Positions 45,904-59,388 are shown, numbered from the stretch's first letter. The stretch: 64,000 nt of DNA from an uncultured Gemmatimonadales bacterium (GCA_963716255.1 OY970303.1:4928001-4992000), one strand, 5' to 3'. Numbers and translations: made by a program. The notes: generated from the letters alone by a model not told the origin.

Positions 45904-47259
45904 GTGATCTCCGTACTTCGTGCACTCCGTCCGCGCGGACGGTGGCGCCTGCCGCATCCCCTCGTGGGATCCGGGGTGCTCGCGCTCGCGCTCCTGTTCC
46001 CGGTTTACGCGCCTGCGCAGGAGGCTCGCGGAGCCGGTGCGCTCCGGGACGCCGTCCTCCGCTCCAACCCCGAGCTCGCCGCCCGGCGGGCCGCCGTACA
46101 GGCGGCCGAGGCGCGGGCCCGCTCCGCCGGCTTCGCCGCGCCTGCCGTACTCTCCGGAGAGGCGGAGGAGATCCCCGGCATCAACCTCCGCAACGCCTCC
46201 GTGCGCCTGGAGGTCGAGAAGGAGTTCCTGTCCCGAGGGCGGCGCGACGCCGCGCGCGCGCTCGCCGCGGCCGAGACGCGGGCCGCCTCCGCGCAGCTCG
46301 CGTCCGCCGAGCGCCGGGTCGCGGCGCTGGCCGCACGCGCGCTGACTCGGGCGGCGGGGTGGTCCGCAATCGCCCGCCGGCTGGGCGCGGAGGACTCGCT
46401 CCTGGTGTCCGCGGAGGCCGCGCTCCGCGCCCGCTTCTCCGTGGGGGACGCGCGCTACGTGGACGTGCTGCGCCTCCGCACTGAGCGGCTGCGCGTGCAG
46501 TCCGAGCGGGCCGAGGCGGCCGCGGAGGCGCGCGCCGGCCGCGTCGCCCTGGACGCGCTCCTCGGCCCCGCATCCGGGCCGGAGCGGACCACGCTGCTGG
46601 AGGGGGCGCTGGCGGAGGCGGTGGACCGCACGCCCACGGCGCTCTCGCCTCCCCCCGACGTCGACTCCCTCCTGGCGCAGTCCGGGGCCGTCCGCCTCGC
46701 CGAAGTCGCGGTGGAGCGCGCTCGGGCCGGGCGGCAGCTCCTCCTCGCGGAACAGCGTCCCCGCCTGGCCGGGGCGGTCGGAGTCCAGCGCTTTCCCTCC
46801 GACGAGGGGGGAAGCTCGCTCGGACCGACGCTCGGCGCCTCCGTGTCGCTGCCGTTCACCGCCCGCCGCGCCAACGCGACCGCCGCGCAGGCGGCCGGGG
46901 CGGACGTGGCCGCCGCGGAGGCGGAGCGCAGCGCCATGGTCGCCGCGGTGCGCGCGGAACTGGTCGCGGCGCGGGAGCGCTACGAGGCCGCGCGCACCCG
47001 GCTGGCCGTGTACGACGCTGCGCTGCTGCGCGGCGCGCGGGAGGAGCGGGAGGCCGCCCTGGCGAGCTTCCGCACGGGGGAACTCTCGCTGATCGAGCTG
47101 CTGGACTTCGAGCGGGCGCTGGCCCGCGCCGAGACCGAGCGCCTGCGCAGCGTCCTGGACGCCGCCGATGCGCTCGCCGACCTGCTCGCCGCCGGGACCG
47201 ACGCCGGCGGGTCCGAGCCCCACGACACCGACCGCCGCTCCGGGGCGAGCCATGAATAG
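45904..47259 (+). CDS. czcC: TolC/CzcC-like outer membrane efflux protein
   Basis: SNPELAARRA...; FRTGELSLIELLDFER; first gene of the RND operon. Confidence 0.85.
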   Translation: MISVLRALRPRGRWRLPHPLVGSGVLALALLFPVYAPAQEARGAGALRDAVLRSNPELAARRAAVQAAEARARSAGFAAPAVLSGEAEEIPGINLRNASVRLEVEKEFLSRGRRDAARALAAAETRAASAQLASAERRVAALAARALTRAAGWSAIARRLGAEDSLLVSAEAALRARFSVGDARYVDVLRLRTERLRVQSERAEAAAEARAGRVALDALLGPASGPERTTLLEGALAEAVDRTPTALSPPPDVDSLLAQSGAVRLAEVAVERARAGRQLLLAEQRPRLAGAVGVQRFPSDEGGSSLGPTLGASVSLPFTARRANATAAQAAGADVAAAEAERSAMVAAVRAELVAARERYEAARTRLAVYDAALLRGAREEREAALASFRTGELSLIELLDFERALARAETERLRSVLDAADALADLLAAGTDAGGSEPHDTDRRSGASHE

Positions 47260-48472
47260 AGACCGATTTCCGACCGTCCGCGGGGACGCGCTGGCCGCGC
47301 TGCTCGCGGCCCTGATGCTGGTCCCCTCCGCCTGCAACTCCGGAGGAGAGGAGCAGGCCGAGGAGACCCACGCCGAGGCCGGGGAGCACGCCGGCGACGG
47401 GCACGCAGAGGGTGAGGAGCACGCAGAAGACGCGCGCGTTACGCTCGCCGAGGCCGCCTACCGCACCGCGCAGATCCGGGTGGAGCCCGTCGGGACCGAG
47501 GCGGTCGCCGCGGCGAGCGGCGGCCTCCAGGTCCCCGGGCAGGTGGAGTTCGAGCCCGAGCGGGTCGCGATGGTCTCTCCCCGGGTAGCGGGCCGCGTCG
47601 AGCGGCTGACCGTGGTGGAGGGCGACCGCGTCCGCGCCGGGCAGACCGTGGCCCTGCTCACCAGCCCCACCTACCTGACCGCGCAGAACGACCTGGTCCA
47701 GGCGGTCCGCCGGGCGGAGCTGCTCGCCGGCACGCAGGACGAGCAGGGCGCCCGCGCGCTGGCCGAGGCCGCACGCCGGCGGCTCCGGCTGCTGGGGGTG
47801 GGCGACGCCGCCATCTCCCGGATCACCTCCAGCGGGGAGATCAGCCCCCTGCTCCCGGTGCCCGCGCCCTTCGCGGGGAGCATCGTGGAAAAGTATGCGC
47901 TCGCCGGCACCGCGGTGGAGCCCGGGACCCCGCTCTTCAAGATCGCCGACCTGTCGGCGGTGGACGTGGTGGCGGAGGTGCCGGAGCGCTCGATGCCGCT
48001 GCTGCGGATCGGGCAGCGCGCCGCGATCGCCATCCCCGCCTACCCGGCGCTGCGCTTCGAGGGGCGGGTGGAGCGGCTGCGCGACCAGCTCGATCCCACC
48101 ACGCGCACGGTCAAGACCATCATCCACGTCCCCAACCCGGAGCGGGCGCTCCGACCGGGGATGTTCGCGAACGTCACGCTGGACGCGGCCGCGGGTGCGA
48201 CCGGGTCCGCACCGGCTGCGGTGCTCACCATCCCGGAGTCCGCCGTGGTGACCGACGGCGACGAGCGCTACGTGTTCGTGGAGGTGGGGCCGCGCAGCTT
48301 CGAGCGGCGCGAGGTAGTGGTGGAGTCGTTGAGCCCGCCGGGCTCCACCCTGCCCGCGGGGAGCCGGGTGGCGGTGCGCTCCGGCCTGACAGCGGGAGAG
48401 CGGATCGCGGTGAGCGGCGCCTTCACCCTCAAGTCGGAGATGGCCAAGGCCGGCTTCTCCCACGACCACTGA
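47252..48472 (+). CDS. czcB: RND periplasmic adaptor (CzcB/CusB-like) with a His-rich N-terminus
   Basis: Lipobox-like PSAC; VSPRVAGRVERL, APFAGSIVE, LRPGMF, IPESAV, SGAFTLKSE. Confidence 0.88.
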   Translation: MNRDRFPTVRGDALAALLAALMLVPSACNSGGEEQAEETHAEAGEHAGDGHAEGEEHAEDARVTLAEAAYRTAQIRVEPVGTEAVAAASGGLQVPGQVEFEPERVAMVSPRVAGRVERLTVVEGDRVRAGQTVALLTSPTYLTAQNDLVQAVRRAELLAGTQDEQGARALAEAARRRLRLLGVGDAAISRITSSGEISPLLPVPAPFAGSIVEKYALAGTAVEPGTPLFKIADLSAVDVVAEVPERSMPLLRIGQRAAIAIPAYPALRFEGRVERLRDQLDPTTRTVKTIIHVPNPERALRPGMFANVTLDAAAGATGSAPAAVLTIPESAVVTDGDERYVFVEVGPRSFERREVVVESLSPPGSTLPAGSRVAVRSGLTAGERIAVSGAFTLKSEMAKAGFSHDH

Positions 48473-48482
48473 GGAGGCCGCC

Positions 48483-51638
<3,156 letters not shown>

Positions 51639-51639
51639 C

Positions 51640-52110
51640 ATGGTCCGCACCAACACCGCGGCGTGGAACCGGGTCCGCTACACCCTCTACGCCCCGTTCT
51701 ACGACCTTGTCGTCCGCTACCTGGACCGGGGCCGCCGTCGCGCGCTGCAGCTCCTCGACGTGCGGCCGAGGGAGCGGGTGCTCCTCGTCGGCTGCGGCAC
51801 CGGGCTCGACCTGGACCACCTGCCGGCGGACGCCGAAGTCACGGCGATCGACTACACGCCGGCGATGGTGGAGCGGACCCGGGCGCGGGCCCGGTCGCTC
51901 GGCAGGCAGGTGACGGCGGAGGTGATGGACGCGCAGCGGCTGGACCTCCCCGGCGGGAGCTTCAACTGCGTGGTGCTGCACCTGGTCCTGGCCGTCGTCC
52001 CGGAGGCGGAGGCGTGCGCCCGGGAGTCTGCGCGGGTGCTCCGCGGCCGGCCGAGCGGCCATCCGGGGCGGCGCGCGCGACTTCCCGGGGTCACGGGGCT
52101 TCCAGCGTGA
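51640..52110 (+). pseudogene. Class I SAM-dependent methyltransferase, C-terminally truncated
   Basis: VLLVGCGTGLDL, AIDYTP, MDAQRL, HLVLAVVP; similarity ends at ARVLR, then the ORF overlaps the convergent gene. Confidence 0.65.
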
Positions 52111-52561
52111 GCAGCACCTTCACCTCGGCGGCCTCGGGCGCGGCGAGCGCGGCGGCCGGGACGTAGCCCACGGCGCCGGGCGTGCGGGCCACGTACAGGA
52201 GGACGGCGCGCTCGCTCTCCAGCACCGGGGGCGGGCGGGTGCCGTGGAAGTAGAGGTCGTTGAAGTAGTCGGCCAGGTCGCGGGGGGTGCGGCCCAGCAC
52301 CGCGCGGGAGAAGGCGAGCCGCGTCGGCGAGCCGGCGGGGAGGTTGACCGGGAGGATGCGCGTCCCGCCGCGCCAGAAGCGGCGGCGCAGCAAAAAGATG
52401 CGCCGCACCTCGCCCGCGTCCAGCCGCGACTCGGGGACGCGCGCGTGGGCGACCACCGCCAGCGGAGCCGCGGCGTCCTCCCCCCCGGCGCCCGCCCACG
52501 CCGCCGCGGGAGCCAGCGCCACCGCGAGCGCTAGAAGAGCCCCGAGAGCGAGACGAGCCAT
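52091..52561 (-). CDS. Periplasmic binding-like (PstS-related) small protein
   Basis: Signal peptide; VRRIFLLRRRFW...YVARTPGAVGYV. Confidence 0.75.
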   Translation of the reverse strand: MARLALGALLALAVALAPAAAWAGAGGEDAAAPLAVVAHARVPESRLDAGEVRRIFLLRRRFWRGGTRILPVNLPAGSPTRLAFSRAVLGRTPRDLADYFNDLYFHGTRPPPVLESERAVLLYVARTPGAVGYVPAAALAAPEAAEVKVLLTLEAP

Positions 52562-53646
52562 CCGTCGGCGACGCGGCGGGAGGGGCGGCTGGTGGCCTGG
52601 CGCTCCACCTTGAGCGCCAGGCGCGAGGTGGGGCGCCAGTTGAGCCCCGCGGTGTAGATGCGCAGCGGGCCGCTGACCACGGGGTCGTACGCCTCGGCGC
52701 GCCCCACCAGGTGGAGCCCGCGCGCCAGCGGGACGGCCGCCTGGACGTAGCCTCCCCGCTCGGCCGGGGCGTCTCCGGATGCGCTCAGCCAGGTCGCCTC
52801 GGAAAGGAGGTGGAAGCCGCCGATCGTCCACGACAGGTCCGCCCCCATGAGCGCGCGCGTCTCCCGGTCCTCCAGGCGGTCGTCGTCCTCCGGATCCCGC
52901 GCGCGGTCCGCCGGGAGCCGGGTGGCGTCCGGGCTCTCGTCGTCCTCGTCCGGCTCCGGCCCGCCCGCGCGACGCGAGGCGCGGATGCCTGCGCTGCTGA
53001 ACCCCACGTGCAGGCCAGGTACGAGCTCGAAGACCGCCCGGGTCCCGGCCGCGCGGAGGAAGGTGCTCTCCTCCCCCTCGCCCTCCAGCCCGATCCCGGG
53101 GGCGACCCACACCGCGTACCCCGCGTCGCGAGGCCCCAGGGCGAACTGCCCGGCCACCATGGCGCCCGTGGTGCTCTTGGCGAAGGCGCGGTAGGTGGTC
53201 AGTGGCCGCCCGGCCGTCCAGGTGAGCGGCGCGGCGTGGAGCTCGTTCCACTGTCCCACCGGGGTCAGGAAGCGTCCCACCCGCAGCCGCAGGGCGTCCG
53301 ACGCGGCCAGCTCCAGGTAGGCGCGCTCCACCTCCAGCCAGCGCTCGTCCTCGCGGCCGGTGAAGGTCTCTCGGCTCACACTGGCCGCCTCGATCTCGGC
53401 GAAATAGCTTAGTCTCCGCCAGGGCGTCCCCGAGAGGAGGAGGGCCACCGCCGCCTCGTTCAGCTCCGGGTCGGAATCCGCCGAGTCGCCGGGCGAGACG
53501 CGCAGGGTCACGGCCGCGTAGCCTCCGGCCGAGACGGGGCCGGGGGCGCTGGCGGGCGGCGCGGGGAGCTGCGCGGCCACGGGCGCGGCCAGGAGCGCGG
53601 CCGCGAGGGCGAGGGCCGCCGGAAGGCGGCGGAGGTCGGGGTTCAT
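52531..53646 (-). CDS. Outer membrane beta-barrel/porin-like protein
   Basis: Signal peptide; VERAYLE, GRFLTPVGQWNELH; C-terminal aromatic SLSGLF. Confidence 0.75.
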   Translation of the reverse strand: MNPDLRRLPAALALAAALLAAPVAAQLPAPPASAPGPVSAGGYAAVTLRVSPGDSADSDPELNEAAVALLLSGTPWRRLSYFAEIEAASVSRETFTGREDERWLEVERAYLELAASDALRLRVGRFLTPVGQWNELHAAPLTWTAGRPLTTYRAFAKSTTGAMVAGQFALGPRDAGYAVWVAPGIGLEGEGEESTFLRAAGTRAVFELVPGLHVGFSSAGIRASRRAGGPEPDEDDESPDATRLPADRARDPEDDDRLEDRETRALMGADLSWTIGGFHLLSEATWLSASGDAPAERGGYVQAAVPLARGLHLVGRAEAYDPVVSGPLRIYTAGLNWRPTSRLALKVERQATSRPSRRVADGWLVSLSGLF

Positions 53647-53748
53647 CGTCGGTGGTCTGCCCCCAGGGGGTCCGTCCTGAAAGCTACGTCTTCCCTCCCG
53701 CTCCGCGCGAGGTGGCGGCCTGCGACGCTCGCGGCGCGCCTGGCCGCC

Positions 53749-55377
53749 GTGCTCGCGCTCTTCGTGCTCCTGGCCACCGCCGCGGCCACCGGCTGGGCCT
53801 ACGCCCGCGGACGCGCCGGGGTGCTGGCCGACGCGCGCGGGGCGCTGGCCTCGCGCGCGCGCCTGTCCGCCGACCGCCTGGAGCGCGCCGTGCGCGAGCG
53901 GGCGCGGCTCGCCGCCCTCTGGCCGGACCTGTCCACCTCGCAGGACCTGGCGGTGGACGACGTGGACAAGCGCGTCGCGCTGTCCCTGGAGGAGCTGGCG
54001 TCGCACGTGGGCGGGGGCGCCGTGGCGCTGGCGCTCGATCCCGCGGGGCGCGTCGTGGCCGCCTCGTCGCCGGAGTGGATCGGCCGGCGGGTGGGCGGGG
54101 CGCCCTGGTACCGCCCCGGCGCCGCCGCTCCCGGGCGCGCGACCGTGGAGTCCGTCCCCGGGGCCGTCCCGCTCCTGGCCGTCACCTCGTCCGTGCTGGC
54201 CGCGAGCGACGGCGCGCTGCTGGGGCGCATCGTCCTCCTCGTCCCCTGGCGCTCGCTGGTGGCCGAAGCCGCGGGCGGCGACGCGGACGCGCTCGCCGTG
54301 AGCGACGCCGCCGGCCGGCCTCTCTTCCGCGGCCGCCTTTTCCTCCGTGCCGACTCCGCGGGGCTCCTGGTCGCCCGCGCCATGGCGGACGGGCCGGACG
54401 CGCCGCCGGTGCAGGTTGCGGTGGCCATGCCCGCGGCGGAGGCGCTCCTCCCGCTGCGCAGGACCACGCGCAGCCTCCTCCTGTTCGCCGCCGTGGTGCT
54501 GGCCGTTACCCTCCCCGCGGCGGTCCTCCTGGCGCGCTCCACCACCGCCGAGCTGCGGCGTCTCACCGGGCGCGCCCGCGAGGCGGAGCGGACGGGGCGG
54601 GCCGACTTCGGCGCGCCGGAGCCGGGCGCCCCGGCGGAGGTGCGGGTGCTGGCCGGGGCGCTCCAGTCCATGGCGGATCGGCTGGAAGCGTCACGGCGGG
54701 AGCTGGCTCGCCAGGAGAGCCTTGCAGCCATGGGGACCATGGCCGCCGGGCTGGCGCACGAGGTGCGCACCCCGCTCTCCGTGATCCGCGGCTCGGCCGA
54801 GATGCTGGCCCGGCGCGCCACCCCGGGCTCGCGCGAGGCCGAGCTGGCGGCGTTCATGACGGACGAGGCGGACCGGCTGAGCCGCCTGGTGGACGACCTC
54901 CTGGCCTTCGCACGCCCCCGCGATCCCGGCCGCGAGCCCGCCGACCTGGCCGCCGTGGCGCGCCGCGTGGCGGGCGCGCCGGGGATCGGCGGCGGCGCCG
55001 TCCCCGTGGAGGCGCGGCTGGAGCCGGCGCCCGTGTCCGGCGACCCCGGGCAGCTGTACCAGGTGGCCCTCAACCTGGTGGCCAACGCCGTGCAGGCCTC
55101 GCCCCCCGGTGCCCCGGTCACCGTGCGCACGGGGGCGGAGGGGGAGGACGCCGTGCTGGAGGTGGCCGACGCCGGACCGGGGATCCTGCCCGACGACCTG
55201 CCGATGGTGTGGACGCCGTTCTTCAGCCGGCGCTCCGGCGGCACCGGGCTGGGGCTCCCCATCGTCCGCCGGATCGTGGAGGCGCACGGCGGCACCGTGG
55301 AGCTCCTGAGCCGCCCCGGCGAGGGCGCGCGGGCCGTGGTCCGCCTCCCCCTGAGACACCCCGACGAGGCGCCGTGA
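53749..55377 (+). CDS. Sensor histidine kinase (NtrB/AtoS-like; start may be slightly upstream)
   Basis: Two TM segments, HAMP, AHEVRTPL, NLVANAVQA, DAGPGI, GTGLGL. Confidence 0.92.
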   Translation: MLALFVLLATAAATGWAYARGRAGVLADARGALASRARLSADRLERAVRERARLAALWPDLSTSQDLAVDDVDKRVALSLEELASHVGGGAVALALDPAGRVVAASSPEWIGRRVGGAPWYRPGAAAPGRATVESVPGAVPLLAVTSSVLAASDGALLGRIVLLVPWRSLVAEAAGGDADALAVSDAAGRPLFRGRLFLRADSAGLLVARAMADGPDAPPVQVAVAMPAAEALLPLRRTTRSLLLFAAVVLAVTLPAAVLLARSTTAELRRLTGRAREAERTGRADFGAPEPGAPAEVRVLAGALQSMADRLEASRRELARQESLAAMGTMAAGLAHEVRTPLSVIRGSAEMLARRATPGSREAELAAFMTDEADRLSRLVDDLLAFARPRDPGREPADLAAVARRVAGAPGIGGGAVPVEARLEPAPVSGDPGQLYQVALNLVANAVQASPPGAPVTVRTGAEGEDAVLEVADAGPGILPDDLPMVWTPFFSRRSGGTGLGLPIVRRIVEAHGGTVELLSRPGEGARAVVRLPLRHPDEAP

Positions 55378-56735
55378 GCGAGCCGACCCTGCTGGTGGTG
55401 GACGACGAGCCGAACATCCGGCGCCTGCTGGAGCTGTCGCTGGGCGACGGCGGCTACCGCGTCCTCACCGCCGCCACCGCCGCCGAGGCGTCGCGCCTCC
55501 TCGCCTCCGAGCGGGTGGACGTCCTCCTCACCGACCTCCAGCTCCCGGACCGCTCCGGGCTGGAGCTGCTGGCCGAGGTGCGCGCCGCGCGGGCGGACCT
55601 CCCGGTGATCCTGATCACCGCGTACGGCACGGTGGAGAGCGCCGTGCAGGCGATCCGCGCGGGCGCCTTCGACTACGTGATGAAGCCGTTCCGCGTGGAG
55701 GAGATCGAGGCGCTGGTGGAGCGCGCCCTGGGCCTCACCCGCGCCGAGCGCGAGAACGCGTACCTTCGCGAGGTCTCGGCCCCCGAGTTCGAGGGGATGG
55801 TGGCAGAGAGCCCCGCCATGCGCGCCGTGGTGGAGGCGGTGGAGCGCGTGGCCCCCGCCCCCACGACCGTGCTGGTGACGGGGGAGACGGGCTCGGGCAA
55901 GGAGCTGGTGGCCCGCGCCGTCCACGCCCGCTCGCCGCGCGCGGCGCGGCTCTTCGTGGCGCTCAACTGCGCGGCGATCCCCGCGGAGCTCCTGGAGGCC
56001 GAGCTGTTCGGCGTCACCAAGGGAGCCTACACCGGCGCGGCGGCCGACCGCCCGGGGAAGTTCGAGCTGGCGGACGGCGGTACGCTCTTCCTGGACGAGA
56101 TCGGCGACATGCCGCTGGCGATGCAGGCCAAGCTGCTGCGCGCCGTGCAGGAGGGCTCCATCGAGCGGCTGGGCTCCAACGCGGTGCGGCGGGTGGACGT
56201 GCGCATCGTGGCCGCCACCCACCGCGACCTCGCCCGGCTGGTGCACGAGGGGACGTTCCGCGCGGACCTCTTCTACCGCCTCAACGTCTTCCCCATCCAC
56301 CTCCCGCCGCTGCGCGAGCGCAGGGAGGACGTGGCGCCGATCGCCGTGCGCGCGGTGGAGCGCTTCGCGCGGCGGATGGGGCGGCGGGTGCGGCTCTCGG
56401 CGCCGGCGGCCGCGGCGCTGGAGGCGTACGACTGGCCCGGCAACGTCCGCGAGCTGCAGAACGTGCTGGAGCGCGCCGTCCTCCTGGCGCGGGGCGAGCT
56501 GATCGAGTCGCTGGACCTGCCCGCGCCGCGCCCCGGCGCCGGGCCGTCCTCCGGCCCGCCCTCCGCCCCCTCCGGGAGGCCCGAGTCGCTGCGCGCGGCG
56601 ACCGAGCGGGCCGAGCGCGAGGCGATCCGGGCGGCGCTGCACCACACCGGCGACAACAAGGCGAGGGCGGCGGAGCTGCTGGGCGTCAGCGTCCGCACCC
56701 TGTGGTACAAGCTGGAGCGCCTGGGGCTGGACTGA
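55374..56735 (+). CDS. Sigma54-dependent response regulator (NtrC/AtoC family)
   Basis: GTG 55374; LVVDDE, GETGSGKELVA, GAYTGA, LFLDEIGDM, WPGNVREL; Fis HTH. Confidence 0.95.
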   Translation: MSEPTLLVVDDEPNIRRLLELSLGDGGYRVLTAATAAEASRLLASERVDVLLTDLQLPDRSGLELLAEVRAARADLPVILITAYGTVESAVQAIRAGAFDYVMKPFRVEEIEALVERALGLTRAERENAYLREVSAPEFEGMVAESPAMRAVVEAVERVAPAPTTVLVTGETGSGKELVARAVHARSPRAARLFVALNCAAIPAELLEAELFGVTKGAYTGAAADRPGKFELADGGTLFLDEIGDMPLAMQAKLLRAVQEGSIERLGSNAVRRVDVRIVAATHRDLARLVHEGTFRADLFYRLNVFPIHLPPLRERREDVAPIAVRAVERFARRMGRRVRLSAPAAAALEAYDWPGNVRELQNVLERAVLLARGELIESLDLPAPRPGAGPSSGPPSAPSGRPESLRAATERAEREAIRAALHHTGDNKARAAELLGVSVRTLWYKLERLGLD

Positions 56736-56780
56736 GGGCGGACCGGCCCAGTCGTCGTCGCCGTTCCCGCCGGTATTCCC

Positions 56781-57284
56781 TCAGCCCGTCCCGGCGCCGA
56801 GCGTGATCGTCCCGGCGGCGGCGGAATAGGTGAACGGGGCGGACACCAGGCTGCCGGTCCGCTGTCCCCCCGTCCACTGGCCGGCGGCGTTGAAGCGCGC
56901 GTTGTGGTTGGGGCAGACGAAGGCGCCCCCGCTGATGTTCACCCGGGTCCCCTGGTGGGGGCAGCGCATGGAGAGCACGGCGTACGTCCCCTGCGCGGCG
57001 TGCACCACGGCCACGGAGCCGCCCGGCGTATCCACGCGCGCGATCCCGCCCACCTGCGCCAGCGCCGGGTAGTCCGCCACCCGGATCACCGTGCCCGCGC
57101 CCGGCGCGTCCGGCCCGAACGGGTTTTCCGCCGGGCCGATCTGTCCGTCCCCGCACCCCGAGAGCAGCGCGGCGGCGGCCGCCGCCAGCGCGGCGCTCAC
57201 GAACGCGCGGCGGCTCACCCCGCACTCCGTCCCCGGGCAGACGCGGATCCCGGCTGCCGTCCCGGCCCCGATCACGTCTTCCAT
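56781..57284 (-). CDS. Rieske [2Fe-2S] Tat lipoprotein
   Basis: SRRAF...LLSGC; CPHQG...CPNH. Confidence 0.85.
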   Translation of the reverse strand: MEDVIGAGTAAGIRVCPGTECGVSRRAFVSAALAAAAAALLSGCGDGQIGPAENPFGPDAPGAGTVIRVADYPALAQVGGIARVDTPGGSVAVVHAAQGTYAVLSMRCPHQGTRVNISGGAFVCPNHNARFNAAGQWTGGQRTGSLVSAPFTYSAAAGTITLGAGTG

Positions 57285-57305
57285 CGGTCCCTCCCTGGTT
57301 CCTGC

Positions 57306-57842
57306 TCAGACCGCCGCGAACGCCGCGGTCCACGCCGCCCGGTCCCGGTCCTGGCGGATGGGCCGGGCGAGGTCCACCACCAGCTTCCCGCCCTCCAGCA
57401 GCACCGGGTAGCGGTCCATCCCGCGCGTGGCGCGCCCCGAGATGAAGGTGCCGTCGGGACGGTACCGCGAGTGGTGCTTGGGGCACTGGAAGCGCCCGTC
57501 CCCCTCCTGCCAGCGCAGCATGGTGCGCTGGTGCGGGCACGACAGCGCGAAGGCGTACGCCTTGCCCTGCCAGCGCACCACGATCACTTCCCGCTCGCGG
57601 TCGATGGCAACCCCGTCGTCGGCCGGGACCGGGTAGGTGGCCTTCTGCTCCCCGAACGCCAGGGCGCTCATTGGCGCCACGCCCAACGCCTGCGCCGCGG
57701 CCTGCTCGCGCCCGGCGCCCAGCCCCACCAGCAGTGCCGCGGCGATGCCGGCGGCCTCGCGGAGGAAGTCGCGCCTGCCGGTGCAGCCGGCGCAGGGGTC
57801 GTGGGTCTCGTCGTCGGTGTCGCTCATCGCTCGGTCGTTCAT
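57306..57842 (-). CDS. Rieske [2Fe-2S] protein with a Tat signal
   Basis: GRRDFL; CPHQR...CPKH. Confidence 0.85.
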   Translation of the reverse strand: MNDRAMSDTDDETHDPCAGCTGRRDFLREAAGIAAALLVGLGAGREQAAAQALGVAPMSALAFGEQKATYPVPADDGVAIDREREVIVVRWQGKAYAFALSCPHQRTMLRWQEGDGRFQCPKHHSRYRPDGTFISGRATRGMDRYPVLLEGGKLVVDLARPIRQDRDRAAWTAAFAAV

Positions 57843-57864
57843 GGTGCTGGAGTTTCGTACGGGG

Positions 57865-58428
57865 TCAGGCCACCGCGGTGAGCAGCGTCCCCAGGAAGAG
57901 CACGGCGAACCAGAGCCCCGCGCTCCTCAGCGACGCGGACCGCAGCGCCCTCCATCGCCGCTCGTCCTCGTCCGGCCGCGGCTCCGCGGCGGAGGGCGCG
58001 TCGGGCGGAGCATCATCCGGCGTCGGTCCGGCTTCGGCGGTGGCGGCGGCCTGCTCGGCCCTGCGCAGCCACAGGCCGTTGAGCAGCAGCAGCGCGAAGG
58101 CGCCCATCTTCGCCCAGAACACGGGGGAGGGGAGGAGCGCCTCCACGTCGGCGGCCAGCATGAGGAGGCCGCTCGCCACCACCACCGCGAGGCCGGCGAT
58201 CACCACCCGGTGGGTGGCGGCCAGCTCGCGGAGGAAGGCGGTCCGCTCGGGGAGCGGGCGGCGGGCGTGGCGCAGCACCCCGCGGTCGGCGGCCAGCGCG
58301 AATCCGCCCGCCGTGAGCAGCCCGGCGAAGTGCAGGAAGGTGACGGCGCTCTGCGCCGCGGTGGACCCGCCGTACAGGTCGGCCCAGGGCGCGGCCAGGC
58401 CGGCGGCGGCCTGGATCAGCGTGCTCAC
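57865..58428 (-). CDS. Membrane protein (four TM, CopD/DUF2214-like)
   Basis: FLHFAGLL...THRVVIAGL...FWAKMGAFALLLLNG. Confidence 0.7.
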   Translation of the reverse strand: MSTLIQAAAGLAAPWADLYGGSTAAQSAVTFLHFAGLLTAGGFALAADRGVLRHARRPLPERTAFLRELAATHRVVIAGLAVVVASGLLMLAADVEALLPSPVFWAKMGAFALLLLNGLWLRRAEQAAATAEAGPTPDDAPPDAPSAAEPRPDEDERRWRALRSASLRSAGLWFAVLFLGTLLTAVA

Positions 58429-58456
58429 GGGCGGTTTCCTCCGCTCACCGTTCGCC

Positions 58457-59065
58457 TCACCTGTTGCCGAAGATGGGGAGCATGATGGCGTAGCTGAGCA
58501 GCGACACCCCCATGGACGACAGCGCCACCGCGCGGTGCAGGTCGCGGTCGCCGCCGTTGGCGAGCGCTCCCGTGGCGGCGAACCCGGCGTCGGCCAGGAG
58601 CATCAGTCCGCCGTGCAGGGTGCGGCGGGTGCGCCCCTCCGGGTCCCTGCGTCCCTCCCACAGGTTCCACGCGCCGGTCACCGTGTTCACGGCGAAGAGC
58701 CCGGCCACCCCTCCCGCCAGCGCCCCGTGTGCGTCGCGTGCCCACCCGGGCGCATCGTCGCCCTTGTCCATCAGCTGCTCGCCGGCCACGTACTGGGCCA
58801 CGAACATGGGGACGATGGCGTAGCTGGCGTAGCGGTGGATGGTGAGGCGCGTGAAGTACGCGTCCGAGTACTCCACGGCCCGCGGCTCCTGCGTGGTGTC
58901 GGCCGCCGGAAGCCACGCGGCGCCGGCCGGCGGCGGGAAGGCCGGGGCGGGGGCGCTTTCCCACCGCGCGGGGGGCGCCGCGAACGCGAGCGGAACCGCC
59001 GCCGGGGCGGTCCCGGTGTCGGCGGCGAGCAGGGCGATGGCGAGGCAGGCGGACGCGCAGAGCAT
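58457..59065 (-). CDS. Membrane protein with intramembrane His residues
   Basis: Signal peptide; IHRYASY, AHGALAG, LHGGLML, LHRAVAL. Confidence 0.7.
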   Translation of the reverse strand: MLCASACLAIALLAADTGTAPAAVPLAFAAPPARWESAPAPAFPPPAGAAWLPAADTTQEPRAVEYSDAYFTRLTIHRYASYAIVPMFVAQYVAGEQLMDKGDDAPGWARDAHGALAGGVAGLFAVNTVTGAWNLWEGRRDPEGRTRRTLHGGLMLLADAGFAATGALANGGDRDLHRAVALSSMGVSLLSYAIMLPIFGNR

Positions 59066-59121
59066 CGGTCGGATCCTGTCCACGGGTGGACGCGAGTGTC
59101 GGTGTCGCACCCACCCCCAGG

Positions 59122-59136
59122 GCAATGGCCGGGCCG
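59122..59136 (-). promoter_or_regulatory. Sigma54 -24/-12 promoter
   Basis: Minus strand CGGCCC-GGCCA-TTGC (GG-N10-GC) upstream of the 59065 gene. Confidence 0.55.
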
Positions 59137-59214
59137 GTCCGCCCCACCATGCCGAACCGATCAAAAACCCAGGTTTTCCGCGGGTGGGAGCCGGACGGGC
59201 GAGCGGGGGCATGC

Positions 59215-59249
59215 GTGCAGTCTCCTGCGTGGTGTGCAAGCGATTGCAC
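59215..59249. promoter_or_regulatory. Tandem enhancer-binding-protein sites
   Basis: GTGCAG-tctc-CTGCGT and GTGCAA-gcga-TTGCAC, about 80-110 bp upstream of the sigma54 site. Confidence 0.5.
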
Positions 59250-59388
59250 GCTCCGCAGGCGGATCTCGTGGCGGGCCGGGTGCGGAGCGGGATCCGGGAT
59301 TGCCGGCGTCCACGACCCCGCCGGAGCACCACGTGAGAAGACTTCTACGGTCGAGGCCGCGTGGCCCGTTTCTGGCCCAGGGGGCGGC

